From contig CAVNZM010000009.1 of assembly GCA_963693365.1 (NCBI GenBank), positions 8,165,408 to 8,229,407 of the forward strand: a stretch of DNA of 64,000 bases, written 5' to 3'. The notes beneath the pieces are model-generated. The model saw only the letters and a list, made by a program, of their open reading frames with translations. It had not been told where the DNA came from and made no database searches. Below, piece by piece: positions 28,050 to 44,435 of the stretch. Source of the DNA: Amoebidium appalachense. Lineage: Eukaryota > Protista > Ichthyosporea. Both the position numbers and the translations under genes were made by a program. How positions within the stretch are numbered: position 1 is the first letter of the stretch; every line of letters starts with the position of its first letter.

Positions 28050-28560
28050 AGGGGAAGGGGGGGGGGGGGGGGGGGGACCTTGGATCGAGCCACAGAATGT
28101 GTTCACATGAGTTTTCTTTTTATTTTCAATACGGGCGTGAATGGCTTGACATTGTCCTGCAAATACTTATCACACCTGGCACCCAACACTACAAGTGGGC
28201 ATCAGCACAGGTTACGTTTGTAAAACAGACCAACCGCTATTTAGTAATGGGAATGCAATGTAAATCCGAAACCTAGTAACACAAATCGCCTTTCCACAAA
28301 GATATGGTGGTACAGTGAAAACATAAAGAACAGGGAGCACCCAAGCCATTATATACCAACAGACCATTTCGTGAAGTCCAAAACCAACATCCAACACTAA
28401 ACGATTCAGTACAACCTAGAGCACTGTGCAATCATTCCTAGCTGCAGGTAAGCCTGAAGTTCATCGGCGGCCTCCAGATAGTCTGCACGGGCACTACGTA
28501 TGCGAGCGTCGTGCGTGGATGCAATGACAATTGTGTTAACGGTATCCACAATCTCCCTCG
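22330..28560 (-). pseudogene. Decayed multi-exon gene(s) with a Cys-rich transposase-like N-terminal module
   Basis: RCCSKGRCLE...SIDQVRESRTLLF (25662-25985) then IEGHDL(HDL)CKA (about 25400-25430). A second similar module IRSARADYLE...LQAYL and YLCGKAICVTRF lies at 28230-28560. Exon-like blocks at 24944-25171 and 23847-23906. No DDE core recognised. Confidence 0.45.
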
Positions 28561-29610
28561 CAATCCCCCCCCCCCCTCCCCCCTCCCCCTCCCCCCCCCT
28601 CCCAAAAAATGTATGGCCTTTGGACGGACGTACCCCCCCCACACACACACACACGCACACACCCCAACACCCAACACACATACACACACAAAACCATGTA
28701 CACATGTGTACACCAGCCCACACACACACACACACACACACGAACACGAACATGCACATTCGCTCACACGCTTCCACCCACACTCGTACGTGCCATCGCA
28801 ATGTTGCAATGTTACATATAAAGACAGTGCACGCGACATCTTGAACACACACGCCATCCAAAGTGGTGTGACCGGCATAAATTGATTTTTATGCCCAGTT
28901 ATCAAATTTGATTGGCAAACCCGCTATCTCGAATGTTTGCCTGATGCTCTTCCATATGGAATGTTCGCGTGCTGCGGGCTTCTTTCGATTGGGCTGTTAC
29001 TCTACACGCAAGATTACAACATGTTTCCACATGAACCAGAATCTACGGTGGATTACCAGAGTCCCCTGCACCATGATAACGCGTCTCGCCGGCTGGCGTC
29101 CCTGTGAAAAGCCTCCCCCCCCCTCCCCCCCCCCCCCCCCCTCCCCAATGATCTTCCTATTGTTTAAGGACCATGTTTCCTCGTCCCGCTAGTACTATTA
29201 CATAGAGTACTATTACATAGCAACATTTACTTTCCATTCTACATAATTTTAATCCATTCAACAACGAAGTCCATACACCTGTGTCCTCGCAATGTCATGG
29301 CAATCCAGCCCCCCCCACATATAAACACAGCGCACGCGATACCTTGAATGGAGCGCATAAATTGTGTGCCATTTTTCTTATGTCCCGTTATAATGATTTT
29401 TATGCCCCGTTATCAAATTTGATTGGCAAACCCGCTATCTGGAATGTTTGCCTGATGCACTTCCATATAGAATGTTCGTGTGCCGCGGGCTTTTTCCGAT
29501 TGGACTATTACTTTGCACGCACGTTTCCACATCAAGCAGAGTCTCCGGCGGACTACCAGAGCCCACGTCACCATCATAACGCGCCCAGTCGGCTCGCGTC
29601 GCTGTGAAAG

Positions 29611-29644
<34 letters not shown>

Positions 29645-29790
29645 TTTCCCCCCCGCACCATACAAAATCAAATTAGTGATATCCCTATTGTTGAAGGACC
29701 ACGTTTCCTTCTCCCGCTAGTACTATGACATAGAGTGCTATTACATAGCAACATTTACTTTCAATTATACATACTTTTAATCCGAAGTCC
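26170..29790. repeat. Internal duplications in the DNA element: 26170-26303 with 26717-26853, 27733-27810 with 28078-28134, and about 28795-29280 with 29287-29795
   Basis: Diverged direct repeats visible by eye. Confidence 0.8.
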
Positions 29791-30226
29791 ATACATCTGT
29801 GTGGTCGCAAGTTGTGGAATGCCCGCATGACGCGGGCCTCTAACGATTGGATAAAAACACAAGAAACTCAAGCAGTGCCAAGGAATGTTCGCCTGACACG
29901 GCCCGCACATGATTGACGGAGTGCTCTCTCTATTCAGTCGGGGCGTCCTCTAATTAGGAGATCACACAAAACACATGTTATCAACATCTTTGGGCCGGTC
30001 GACCTGGCATGCGGGACTCTCAAAGTCCACATGTACATACAAACGCCCCCCCCCCCCCCCCCCCCTCCCCCTCCCCTTCCACCCTCCCAAAACAATACAC
30101 ACATTACACCCATCCACCCCACTTGGGTTTGAATTGTACATACGTAGTTATAGAAGATTTCTACGAACTCCCTTTAGATAACATGTACAAACATTGCGTG
30201 ACCCGCGCGCGCGGTTGTTCATGCAT

Positions 30227-34740
<4,514 letters not shown>

Positions 34741-35225
34741 GATTGCAAAGCGCTTGCGCCCCAAATGACGACAACAACAGCTGCAATGACCATGATGTTT
34801 GCTCGAATGACCATCACGTTATACCCTGTGGGTATATATAAATTTGTATTCATTTGCATCAATATTTGTATTGAAACACATGTTCTAAAGAATTCACTCG
34901 TCGTTCAGTGAAAGTAAAGAATGAATGAATGATTGAATGAATAAACGGCTTCCTGTCCTTCAGCCACATTTTATCTTGACATATTTTTACATGCTCATGG
35001 AACGAACAAACGAACGAACGGGCTTGTGTTTTTTTTTTTGTGTTATGTTGTGTTATGTTATGTTTTAGGGCTTTTGTCTCTACTAGCTCGAGTAGATGGT
35101 GGTTGGGATTGGGGTGGGGTTGGGTTGGTTCTCTTGACACCAATAAGTGTATCAGTTTTTCTGGTCCATAGCACGGGCATGTATGGTTGAGAATGCACAA
35201 AACTGGGTTTGCAATAGGCCGATTA

Positions 35226-35450
35226 ACATATTCCGGAATATGTGTTTTTCTGCACGTTGGGGACTGCTCAGCTATGAGATCTTTACGTGACCCAAACCAC
35301 AGCAAAACCACTTGTCCCATAATATCGTATTCCGGAATATGTTTGTATCAATACTGTCTAACTTCTATAACGTCTTGCTCGTGGACTTGCAGACACGTCG
35401 TATGGCTCCTGGAACATGCTTATTTTGATTCTAATATATATTCCGGAATA
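35226..35450. repeat. Right subterminal palindromes TATTCCGGAATA, three copies
   Basis: ACATATTCCGGAATATGT at 35226-35243, further copies near 35328 and 35439. Confidence 0.8.
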
Positions 35451-35792
35451 CGTGTTTCCCCGAAGACGTGTTTCACCACAAATCTGTGATGGGCATGTTT
35501 TTTGATCGTTTTGTCTTCTTGGTGGACTCTCAGAATCCGAATTGGATATGATATGAATAATTTGACACGAACGTGCAGGCCCCGTTCGGATGTTTTCATG
35601 TCAATATTTTGCTGTGTTTTTGTATCCGAACACCGCTCATGACGGGCCGTCCCCGTTGGTCGATATCTTTCCTGCCGGGTCCCCAGCTCAGCATTTACTA
35701 TTCGTATGCTAATAAAATACCCCCGTTGTGGCACCACGTCACAAAATGTAAACTTTACAATTTCTCCCATTATCTGTTGGGGGGGGGCAATA

Positions 35793-38700
35793 TGGAATCC
35801 GTCCGAGAAACGAGACGAGAAACGTCTTAATTATTTCGAGTGGGAGCCACTCATTCACCGGTTCATTAGAACCACCATTGCCGAGAAATTCGTTGACGCT
35901 ATCAAGAGGCCACAGTGGGTTGACGGCGCTGAAGCCAACCAGTGGCTAGGCTACACCACCAAGGACTCCTACAAGAAAGCTTCCGACGTCCTCGACCAGA
36001 TCCTCAACCAGTCCGTCCACCCGACCGAGCTCTACGACTCCGGCCGGATGCAAGACGGTGTCCACGGTGGTGAAGTCTTCCACAACCTACGTATGGCGTA
36101 TGTAGCAGAGAAGGAGGCCCGAGTCACCCAGATTCAAGTCACCTTCGAGGAGCTTGAACTACGAGACTACCCCAACGTCACAGCATACCTCACCCGTCTC
36201 CAACGTCTGGCTACGACACTTGCCTGCCTCGACGAACCCGTCCAGCACAAGGATGTCGTACGTAAGTTCTTCCTCCACATCCGGAAGAACACAGCCCTGG
36301 TCTGCCCCGACATTGAACGTCTCTGCTCCGACTACTGGATGAACAACAAGGCCTACCCGTCCTTCAACATGCTCATCAGTGACATCCGAGGAGCTGAAAT
36401 CCGTGCCGGCCTCATCGACGCAGGCACAGGTGCAACCGTCAACAACCGTCCCCTCCGTGCACTCCAGAGCAGAGTGCTTCCCCCCGGTGACCTCCGTAAC
36501 CGTATTCCTCGACGTGAGCATACACCTCACCGTTCCCCGTCCCGTTCCCGTGATCCTCGTCCTCCCTCCAAGTCACCCGGCCCCCGTTCAACTTCCCCTT
36601 ACCACCGTGGTAACAGGGACAACCGTAACCGACAGCACAACACCAACAGTGTGAAGTGTTCCTACTGCCATGAGCCCCACCACATCACAGCATGCCCGGA
36701 GCCTGGCTGCACAGTTGCTCGTCGTGCCAAGCAGGAGAAAGGTGACAAGAGTGTGAAATTTGCACTCATCTCCTCCACCGGCACACCTGACAGTAACGAC
36801 CCCGTCTGGGACAGTGCTTGTAATGCACACATCTGCCCCATCAAGGAGTATTTCTCCTCCCTTACCCCGTGTCCTCCCACCCCCATTCACGGCCTCGGCA
36901 CAGTCAATGCCAAACAACGTGGCATCATCAACATGACACTGCACTACAACGGCCACCCAACACCGTGCAGCATCAATGCTTACTACGTACCCGAGGCACC
37001 GTCTTTCCTCGTGTCTACCTCCATGGCATCAGCTGCCGGCCTCCTAGGTCATTGTGACGATACAGACAACCACCCGTCGTTCCTCTACAGCCGTAATGGT
37101 GACATTATTACAGATCTCACCCCCCTCGACGGTCTCTACTACATCACTGACTATGTGATTGAGACTCCTAAACACCCGGGGGTCCAAGCCTACACAGCAA
37201 GGACTCAACCACCCGACGACCTCACCCTTTGGCACAACCGTCTCGGCCACCGTGCCCTCTCCACCGTCACCAGGATGGCCAAGGATGAGCTTGTCATCGG
37301 CATGCCCCCCTCCCTCAAGTCACCCGACAACAGTGACTGCTTCGGCTGCATGTCTGGGAAGACCACCAAGGCCCCCTTTCCCGGCACCCGTTCCAAGTTC
37401 ACCATTCCCGGTGCTAAGTGGCACCTGGACTTCTTCGAAGCTCCCTGTGCTTCCTACGGAGGCTACAAGGTTGCTCTGGTGTGTGTTTGTGATGCCACCG
37501 GTTACACCACCGTGTTCCCCCTTTACAACCGTGGTGAAACCCTCAGCCACATTCAGTCTCTCGTTGAAACCATCGAACGTCAGACACCTGAGATCGTCAC
37601 CCATCTTCGGTTTGACTCCGGCTCTGAGTTCACCTCCAAGGACACCGAGGCCTACTGCAAGCAGAAAGGCATCATCATGGAGTTTGCCCCCGTCGACACA
37701 CCACAACACAATGGTGTTGTTGAACGGAAGATGAGAGAACTGCAAGAGACAGTCCGTTGCTTCCTCCATGCCGACAAGGACCAACCTCTCTCTCCCAAGT
37801 TGTGGGTTGCTGCTCTCAAGCATACAAGCTACATCATCAACGTCACACCGTCATCTGCTGCCAACGGCAACACTCCCTTCGAGGCCTTCCACGGCTTCAA
37901 ACCCGACGTCTCCCAGCTCCACGTGTTCGGCTCCCCTGCCTATGTGCATGTTCCCCGGTCAAAGAGGAACAAGCTGGCATCAACCGTCAGAGTCGGCACC
38001 TACGTCGGCTGGGACCTACCCTCCAAGGCACACAAGATCCTCGACCATGCCAGCAACCAAATCAAGATCTGCCGTGATGTGATCTTCGATGAGTCGAAAT
38101 TCACGGGCAGCACCAATCAGGTCTCCGTTCCCCCCAAACCCGATCTGCCGACATTGGACCCCCCCTCCGACGACGACGATGAAACTCCGTCTGTGGTCAT
38201 CTCCCAACCGTCCTGGCACAACCAACCAGCCCCGGTTGAACCCGTGCCTCCCCCGAGCCCCCCCCCCCACTGGCCAACAACCCTTGCTGCCGGCCCCCCC
38301 CGTTGCTGTGCATCAACTGAACCCGGCTACATGACTCCGGTTCGTCCTGGGTCCCCCACCTTCCACTCGGCCACGAGCAGCCCTGTGGACACCGATGCCC
38401 CCCTCACCACCGGTCCTATTCCTGGCTTCCATGCCCCTATCCCGGCCTCCACCACCTACCCGGCCACCACCCCCCTCAAGGACCCCCCCAAGCCCAACCT
38501 TCGTCGGTCTACACGTCTCACCAAGACTCCAACGGCACTGGTCAGCATCGTAGCACCGACCATCAACATTGACCAGCTCCCCAAGGGCATTCAAAAGCTT
38601 TGCAACGGTCCCAACGGTGATGCCGTCATAGCTGCCCTCACCTCCGAGTACCAAGCCTTCATCACCAAGGATGTCTTCACCATTGTTGATCCCCCCCTGG

Positions 38701-40140
38701 TGCCAACATCATCAAGTTCAAGTGGATTGTGACTGAGAAAGTCCTCAACTCAGCCGGTGACACCAAGATCAAAGCTCGTGGTGTTGCAAAGGGCTTCACT
38801 CAAGTCTACGGTGTTGACTACGGTGACACCTCTTCCCCCGTGGTGATGTCCTCCTCCGTCCGTGCCCTCCTTGCCATCGGTGTGGACGGCAACCATGAGA
38901 TTCATCAACTCGACGTCTCAACTGCCTTCCTCAACAGTCCTCTTCAAGAAGACATCTACATTGAGCCACCACCTGGCTTCATCACCCCCGGCAACGAACA
39001 CAAGGTCTGGAAACTTAAGAAGGCACTCTACGGGCTCAAGCAAGCATCACTGGCCTGGTATGAGTACTTCGACAAGGTCCTCCTTGCTCACTGAAGGTCT
39101 CGAACGTCTCCGTTCAGATCCATGTGTCTACATCAAGACCTTCCCCAACGGTGACATCATCCTCACTGGCAACTATGTGGACGACGTCATCATCATCTGC
39201 ACGGCCAACTCCTCCCACACCAAGGATCTAGTAGACCACATCATGAAGTCAGCTCTCTGCAAGGTTGACCTTCCCGACATCTTCCTTGGCACCCAGCTCA
39301 TCCACACCCCCGGTCACCTCAAGCTGCTTCAGCAATCCTACATCAACGACATCGTCAGAGACTTCAACCTCAACGATGCTCACCCCAAGGCTACTCCCAT
39401 TCCCGTCGGCACCGTCATCACCATCAACGAGAACGACCCACCACCCATCAAGGTTCCCTACCGTGAACTACTCGGCCGTCTTTTGTGGGTTGCTCGTTGT
39501 TCCCGGCCCGACATCTCCTTTGCCATCGGCTACCTCGGTAGATTCAGTGCCAACCCCACCAAACTTGCATGGGAATGTCTACTCCGTGTAGTTCGGTACC
39601 TCATCGGCACTTCCAACCTCGGCCTTCACTACGACAAGTCTGCTTCCGACGACAACACCCCCTTGCTGGAGTGTTATTCTGATGCTGACTTTGCCAACTG
39701 CCCCAACACCCGTCGTTCAACCACCGGATACGTCATCTTCTTCAAGGGCATACCCATCACATGGTATTCGAAGCTGCAGTCCATCACGGCAACATCCACC
39801 ACCGAGGCTGAGCTTCTGGCCATCAATGCTGCTGTTCAAAACGTCATCTGGCACCGTGATCTCCTCCGTACTTGAACTCGGCTACCCGATGACCGACCCC
39901 ACCCCCGTCTACTGTGACAACCAGTCCACCATTGCCCTCCTGCACACCAACAGCATCAAGCACCGGACCAAACACATTGCAGTCCGTTACCACAACACGA
40001 AGGACTACATCAAGAGTGGGGATGTGGTCGTCACCGTGACCTACGTGTCCAGCAAAGACAACGTGGCTGACATCTTCACCAAGCCCCTGCCCGGGCCCTC
40101 CCACGAGCAGCACCGTGATTCACTCAGTCTTCGTGACTAA
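35793..40140 (+). CDS. pol: Copia-1 gag-pol (Gag, PR, IN, RT, RH) with three frameshifts (about 38697, 39090, 39872)
   Basis: Zn knuckle CSYCHEPHHITAC, PR VWDSACNAH, WHNRLGH, IN WHLDF/RFDSGSEF/VVERK, RT QLDVSTAFLN, ALYGLKQA and YVDD, RH YSDADFA...TEAE...KHIAVRYH...ADIFTKPL. Confidence 0.95.
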
Positions 40141-40141
40141 G

Positions 40142-40185
<44 letters not shown>

Positions 40186-40666
40186 TCATCTACAGTGGTC
40201 TTCAAGTAGGTTGGGGCCCTGGCCAGTGGTCTACACATCACCGTGTAGAGACACCTCCCAACGAAAGTCTACTGCTGTCTTCATCGATCTTCAGTGTGTG
40301 CATCTTCAGTGGGGATTTCTTCTCCACCATCCGTCGTTTATTTATATACCACCATATATATAATGTATTTATCATTAGCCACCAACACGTCACACATACA
40401 CTAGTTGTTTCTTCTATATATATTTATATATCACGTCATTGGCTACCGTCATCTTCCGAGTCTTCAGAGGCAACCGTCGTTGTGTGCTTCTTCCGTTTTG
40501 GTTTTCTTCCCCGGCTTGCACCTTCAAGTCTTCTCCATTGTCTTCTCGAGTGGGGAAACTTGACTGTGACTTCACGGCACCTACTTCTACATGTGTGAAA
40601 GTCTTAACATCAACAGTCACATCAACAAACTTCACGAGAACCCAACTTCCAACCCTTGAGTGGGGA

Positions 40667-41374
40667 TGCCATCTTCACTTAATTCTCAGCAAGACTTAGA
40701 AGTTGAGTTTGGTATTTATTTATTAGTTGTTGTAGTTTGTTTCCTTTTCCTTTCTTCATTTCTTTCTTTCTTTTCCGTTTCCGTGTACACGACATCTTAG
40801 ATCTGTGTACGTATCGACATACTTAGCTCGCGCACACGTATTGTCGTTTGCGTCAAAATCTATATATGTCATCCAATCATATCTCGTTTGTATTTTCCCA
40901 AATATAGTAACTTACATTCCTTTCTCATTCCTTTCCCACGACGTAGCATTGTGCTATGTTCTTCAACTATTAGGAATAATTATATTTAGACGTGTTATGA
41001 TAAGAACATGTATAAATATATGTTATGAATTAATAGTTACATAAGTGGTTTCATTTTATTAAATGTTTCCGTGCTTTTATTAGAAGTTTCTTTCATTAGA
41101 GGATTGAGTTTTATATTCTAAATGTCGACAGACATTTTATTCGATATATTTTACACTCATAGTTTTCATTCTTTTGATTGGTTTATCGTTTCACATTCCC
41201 AAGTATAAAAGGGACCTCATCTTGAAATAAATCACAAGCAGTCGTATTCACTTCCTATGGTTCCAGAAATCGTTCCTCCTCTCCGGTTGTGTTTTTCCCG
41301 TGTGTCTTTGTGTTGTGTTTTACATAACACCCATCTGTGCTCTCTGCTTCTCCGTTTACCCACACAAAATAACA
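40667..41374 (+). repeat. Copia-1 3' LTR preceded by PPT GAGTGGGGA
   Basis: Direct repeat of 20313-21020. Confidence 0.95.
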
Positions 41375-42006
41375 GTTTTCGGAGTAAAAACCCCTAAATC
41401 CCCTATCCTAACATGATTGCCGGCCCGGACACGTACCGTTTGGCACTGATAAGGCTCGATTACTACTTCAGCTACCGTTCTAGCACCAGACTGATAACCG
41501 TCGAGCCCATCATGGGTTTTAATTTTAACGCCGGACTGCAATTCTAAAACATTCGTACGTTCAAACAAAGCATTCACATGTCTACGGAAAAATGGGGCTC
41601 CCAACAAAACACTTTGAGCTAAATCCTTAACCACATAACAAGCAACATGCATAGCCTGGCCACCTATCTCACACGGCAACACACAAACGCCTTCCACAGA
41701 CATACTACTATTATTAGCACTACCTAAGGCTGTGCTAGAAGCATCTAAAATAGGAATTTCCCCCCCGGCCTGATTAAAACGACGAATAAACGAAGCATGC
41801 ACACAATTAACCTGAGCCCCTCCATCGAGCAAAGCAACCGCCTTCAACTTACCATCAGCTAACCATACGTCTATATAATGCCGGCTAAAACCAACTAAAT
41901 CCTCCTCCAATTCAAGCAACACATCCTCACTCACACCCAATCCCTGCCCACGAAGACTCACACCCTCGATACCTACGTGCAACATACCTACCTGTGGTGC
42001 CTGCAC
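41375..42006 (-). CDS. pol: Gypsy aspartic protease region
   Basis: ALLDGGAQVNCV and VLLGAPFF retropepsin motifs. Confidence 0.9.
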
Positions 42007-42577
42007 GGGTGGGGTGGGGTGTGTATGTGATGTGGGTGGTGGTGGAGTGTGTGTGTGTGGTGTGTGGGTGGGTGGTGTGTGTGTGTTTAGTGTATGTGTG
42101 GGTGTGTGTGTGGGTGTAGGTGTGTCTGCAACCGTCGTATGTTGTTGTGGTGGTGTGTTTCTATGTGTCTGTGCCTTCCCCCCCTTCCCCCTTTACTCGT
42201 GTGTGTCCCCCCCCTCCCGGAAACAATGGCACAGAAACCCCCCTCCGGTGTGGTTAGAACAAACACCGGGTTGGGACAAGAAACACTGAGACCATCCACT
42301 TGTGGCTGGGGACTCGGAACCTCCCCCAACCACAAAACATTCACACCATTCATACCTTTGGTAGAGTCACCCCACAAACATTCATGCCATACCACCTCGA
42401 CGCCGCTGTCTTGAGGACCCACGACGATGCCCGGCTCCCACACGTATCGGGGCGGTGAGGGGGCAAAGGGAAGCTTAACCTGGGGTGGGGGAGGGTGAAG
42501 GTTCTCTGCAACCTGGGGGGGACCGATACTGTCCCCCCCCCTCCCTCAGTGACCCCAGCTTCCCCCTCCCCCGGAAC

Positions 42578-43912
42578 TCAATAGCTCTTGTAACTACGGC
42601 AATATGCAGCAGAGTGCCCTTGCCGGCCACAAAAGTAACATGCACCAAAGAAGGGGCCAGGGGGGACTTCAAAACCTTGGCGCAAAGCATAACCGGGAGC
42701 CCGGTCATGCTGGGGGGGCCCACCGTGTGCACCACGGCCCCCCCTTCCCCCCTGCCCCCCTCGGCCTCTCTCACCACCATTTCCACCCCTCCCTCTACCC
42801 TGCCCACCACCACGAGCAAGATAAGGGGCAAACCTCTCGGTGAACTGCTGCTGTTGTCCTCCACGGCCACCTCGGCCACGACCGCCGTGTCCACCCCGGT
42901 CGCCGCCACGGCCACCCCGGAAGCCGAAGCCCCCTCGGCCAGAGAAGACGGCCTGGGAGAGCTCGGCAACCTGCTTGACCAACATGGTGAGTGCATCTGG
43001 CTGTTCACCCTCTTTTTTCTCTTTTTCCCCCTTCGGTCCACTCTCCTTCTTTTTCTTGTCTACTTCCATCACCTCCTTTTTATCCCTCTTATTGAACTTC
43101 ACCTCGTGCATGGCAAGCAAGTGACGTTTAACATGCAACACCACCTCATCTACATCATCATGCTCCCCAAACATGCGTGCAGTGTCTGTGTTTACAGAGA
43201 GAGCCTTACGAGCAAACTCGAATTTTTCCCTATCACTCACGTCACCAGCTAACTCACAAAGGTCTTCAAAGACCCGATATTCCCTCTCAAAGAATGCACG
43301 AGCTTCTACGGGGGACATATCTAAAGTGGGAAAGGTATACTTCCATTCTCTGAGCTGGGCCCGGAAGGTACGGCGCCGGTCGGCCGTCAGGTATCGGCCG
43401 ACGAGCCGGGCCGTATACTCGAGCTCGTTTTCCGGCCGTGTGAAGGCCTCGAGCTCCCCGTCCACGTCGTCGGTGCTGTTCTCGTCCTCGTCGTCGGGGA
43501 TGAACCGTGCGGCCAGACGTTTCTGGCCGAGTGTCCGGGACACCATCTCGTCCCTCCCCTCGTCGTACTGCTGCTCGTATATACGAGCCGTCACCTGGGG
43601 GGCCTGCTCGGCCCGGTACGGGTGCTCCTCCATCAGGGTGCATAAGTCGGCCATTGTTTTGTGGTCGATGCACTGTTTGATCATTAAGCACGAGGCCGCC
43701 ACAGTGGGGGCCTTCTTTGTGTCTAACACTAGTGTGGGTGTGTTAGCTAGGAGTGTCCTAAGCCACCTAGGGATTTCCGAGTCGTGTTTGAGTGTAAAAC
43801 TGAAAGCTGTGGTCTGTCTAACGTCTAGTGTATGAACCTGTGGTACCTGTGTGTGCAGGGAGCTATCCTCCGCTGCCAATGCGTAGAACATGTCTACGTT
43901 AAACTTAGCCAT
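42578..43912 (-). CDS. gag: Gypsy Gag with an RGG-rich region and CCHC knuckle
   Basis: 444-aa ORF downstream of the 5' LTR, containing CYFCGRQGHSAAYC. Confidence 0.88.
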   Translation of the reverse strand: MAKFNVDMFYALAAEDSSLHTQVPQVHTLDVRQTTAFSFTLKHDSEIPRWLRTLLANTPTLVLDTKKAPTVAASCLMIKQCIDHKTMADLCTLMEEHPYRAEQAPQVTARIYEQQYDEGRDEMVSRTLGQKRLAARFIPDDEDENSTDDVDGELEAFTRPENELEYTARLVGRYLTADRRRTFRAQLREWKYTFPTLDMSPVEARAFFEREYRVFEDLCELAGDVSDREKFEFARKALSVNTDTARMFGEHDDVDEVVLHVKRHLLAMHEVKFNKRDKKEVMEVDKKKKESGPKGEKEKKEGEQPDALTMLVKQVAELSQAVFSGRGGFGFRGGRGGDRGGHGGRGRGGRGGQQQQFTERFAPYLARGGGQGRGRGGNGGERGRGGQGGRGGRGAHGGPPQHDRAPGYALRQGFEVPPGPFFGACYFCGRQGHSAAYCRSYKSY

Positions 43913-43950
43913 TGTGTGGTGTGTGCCCTAACTCGTGTGGTTGTGTTTAT

Positions 43951-43984
<34 letters not shown>

Positions 43985-44073
43985 CTGTGTGTTTGAGGTG
44001 TAGCAACAGCCCAGAAGGAACTGTCACCGCGTTACCCTAGCGCGAAAAACCGCACTAAAAGAAAGGTGTAGCT

Positions 44074-44435
44074 TGTCGTATCCTAATATATGTGTACTAG
44101 AGACGCGGCACTCTACTAAGTGTACACACACGAAAAGGAACGAACGTGTATAGAAAAACGGTAAAGTTTATTAAGACCAGGCTCCGACGGGCAAACTTAG
44201 ATCCGTACGGATTAAGTCTAAGTTACGACTGAGGCCATCAAGGCCGTGCCCTACAAGATCATCATCACCTGGCCCCCTACGATGCCACATTCCATTAACA
44301 TTCCGATCTACTTTTATCGTGCGCCTGCACGAGCTAAGTCGATCTACTCAACTAATATATTTATCCAAGTCTCACCCCTCACCCTCCCCCTAGTGGCACC
44401 GCAGAGTCTAAATCTACATTTCATACTATCCTCCC
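44074..44435 (-). repeat. Gypsy 5' LTR, 3' half
   Basis: Matches both pieces of the split 3' LTR and supplies the roughly 21 bp lost at the inversion. Confidence 0.93.

Noticed and set aside
35706-35792. N-terminus MLIKYPRCG... of the 1008-aa ORF as the gag start
   Set aside because: It reads through the DNA element's right TIR; the real start is at 21097.
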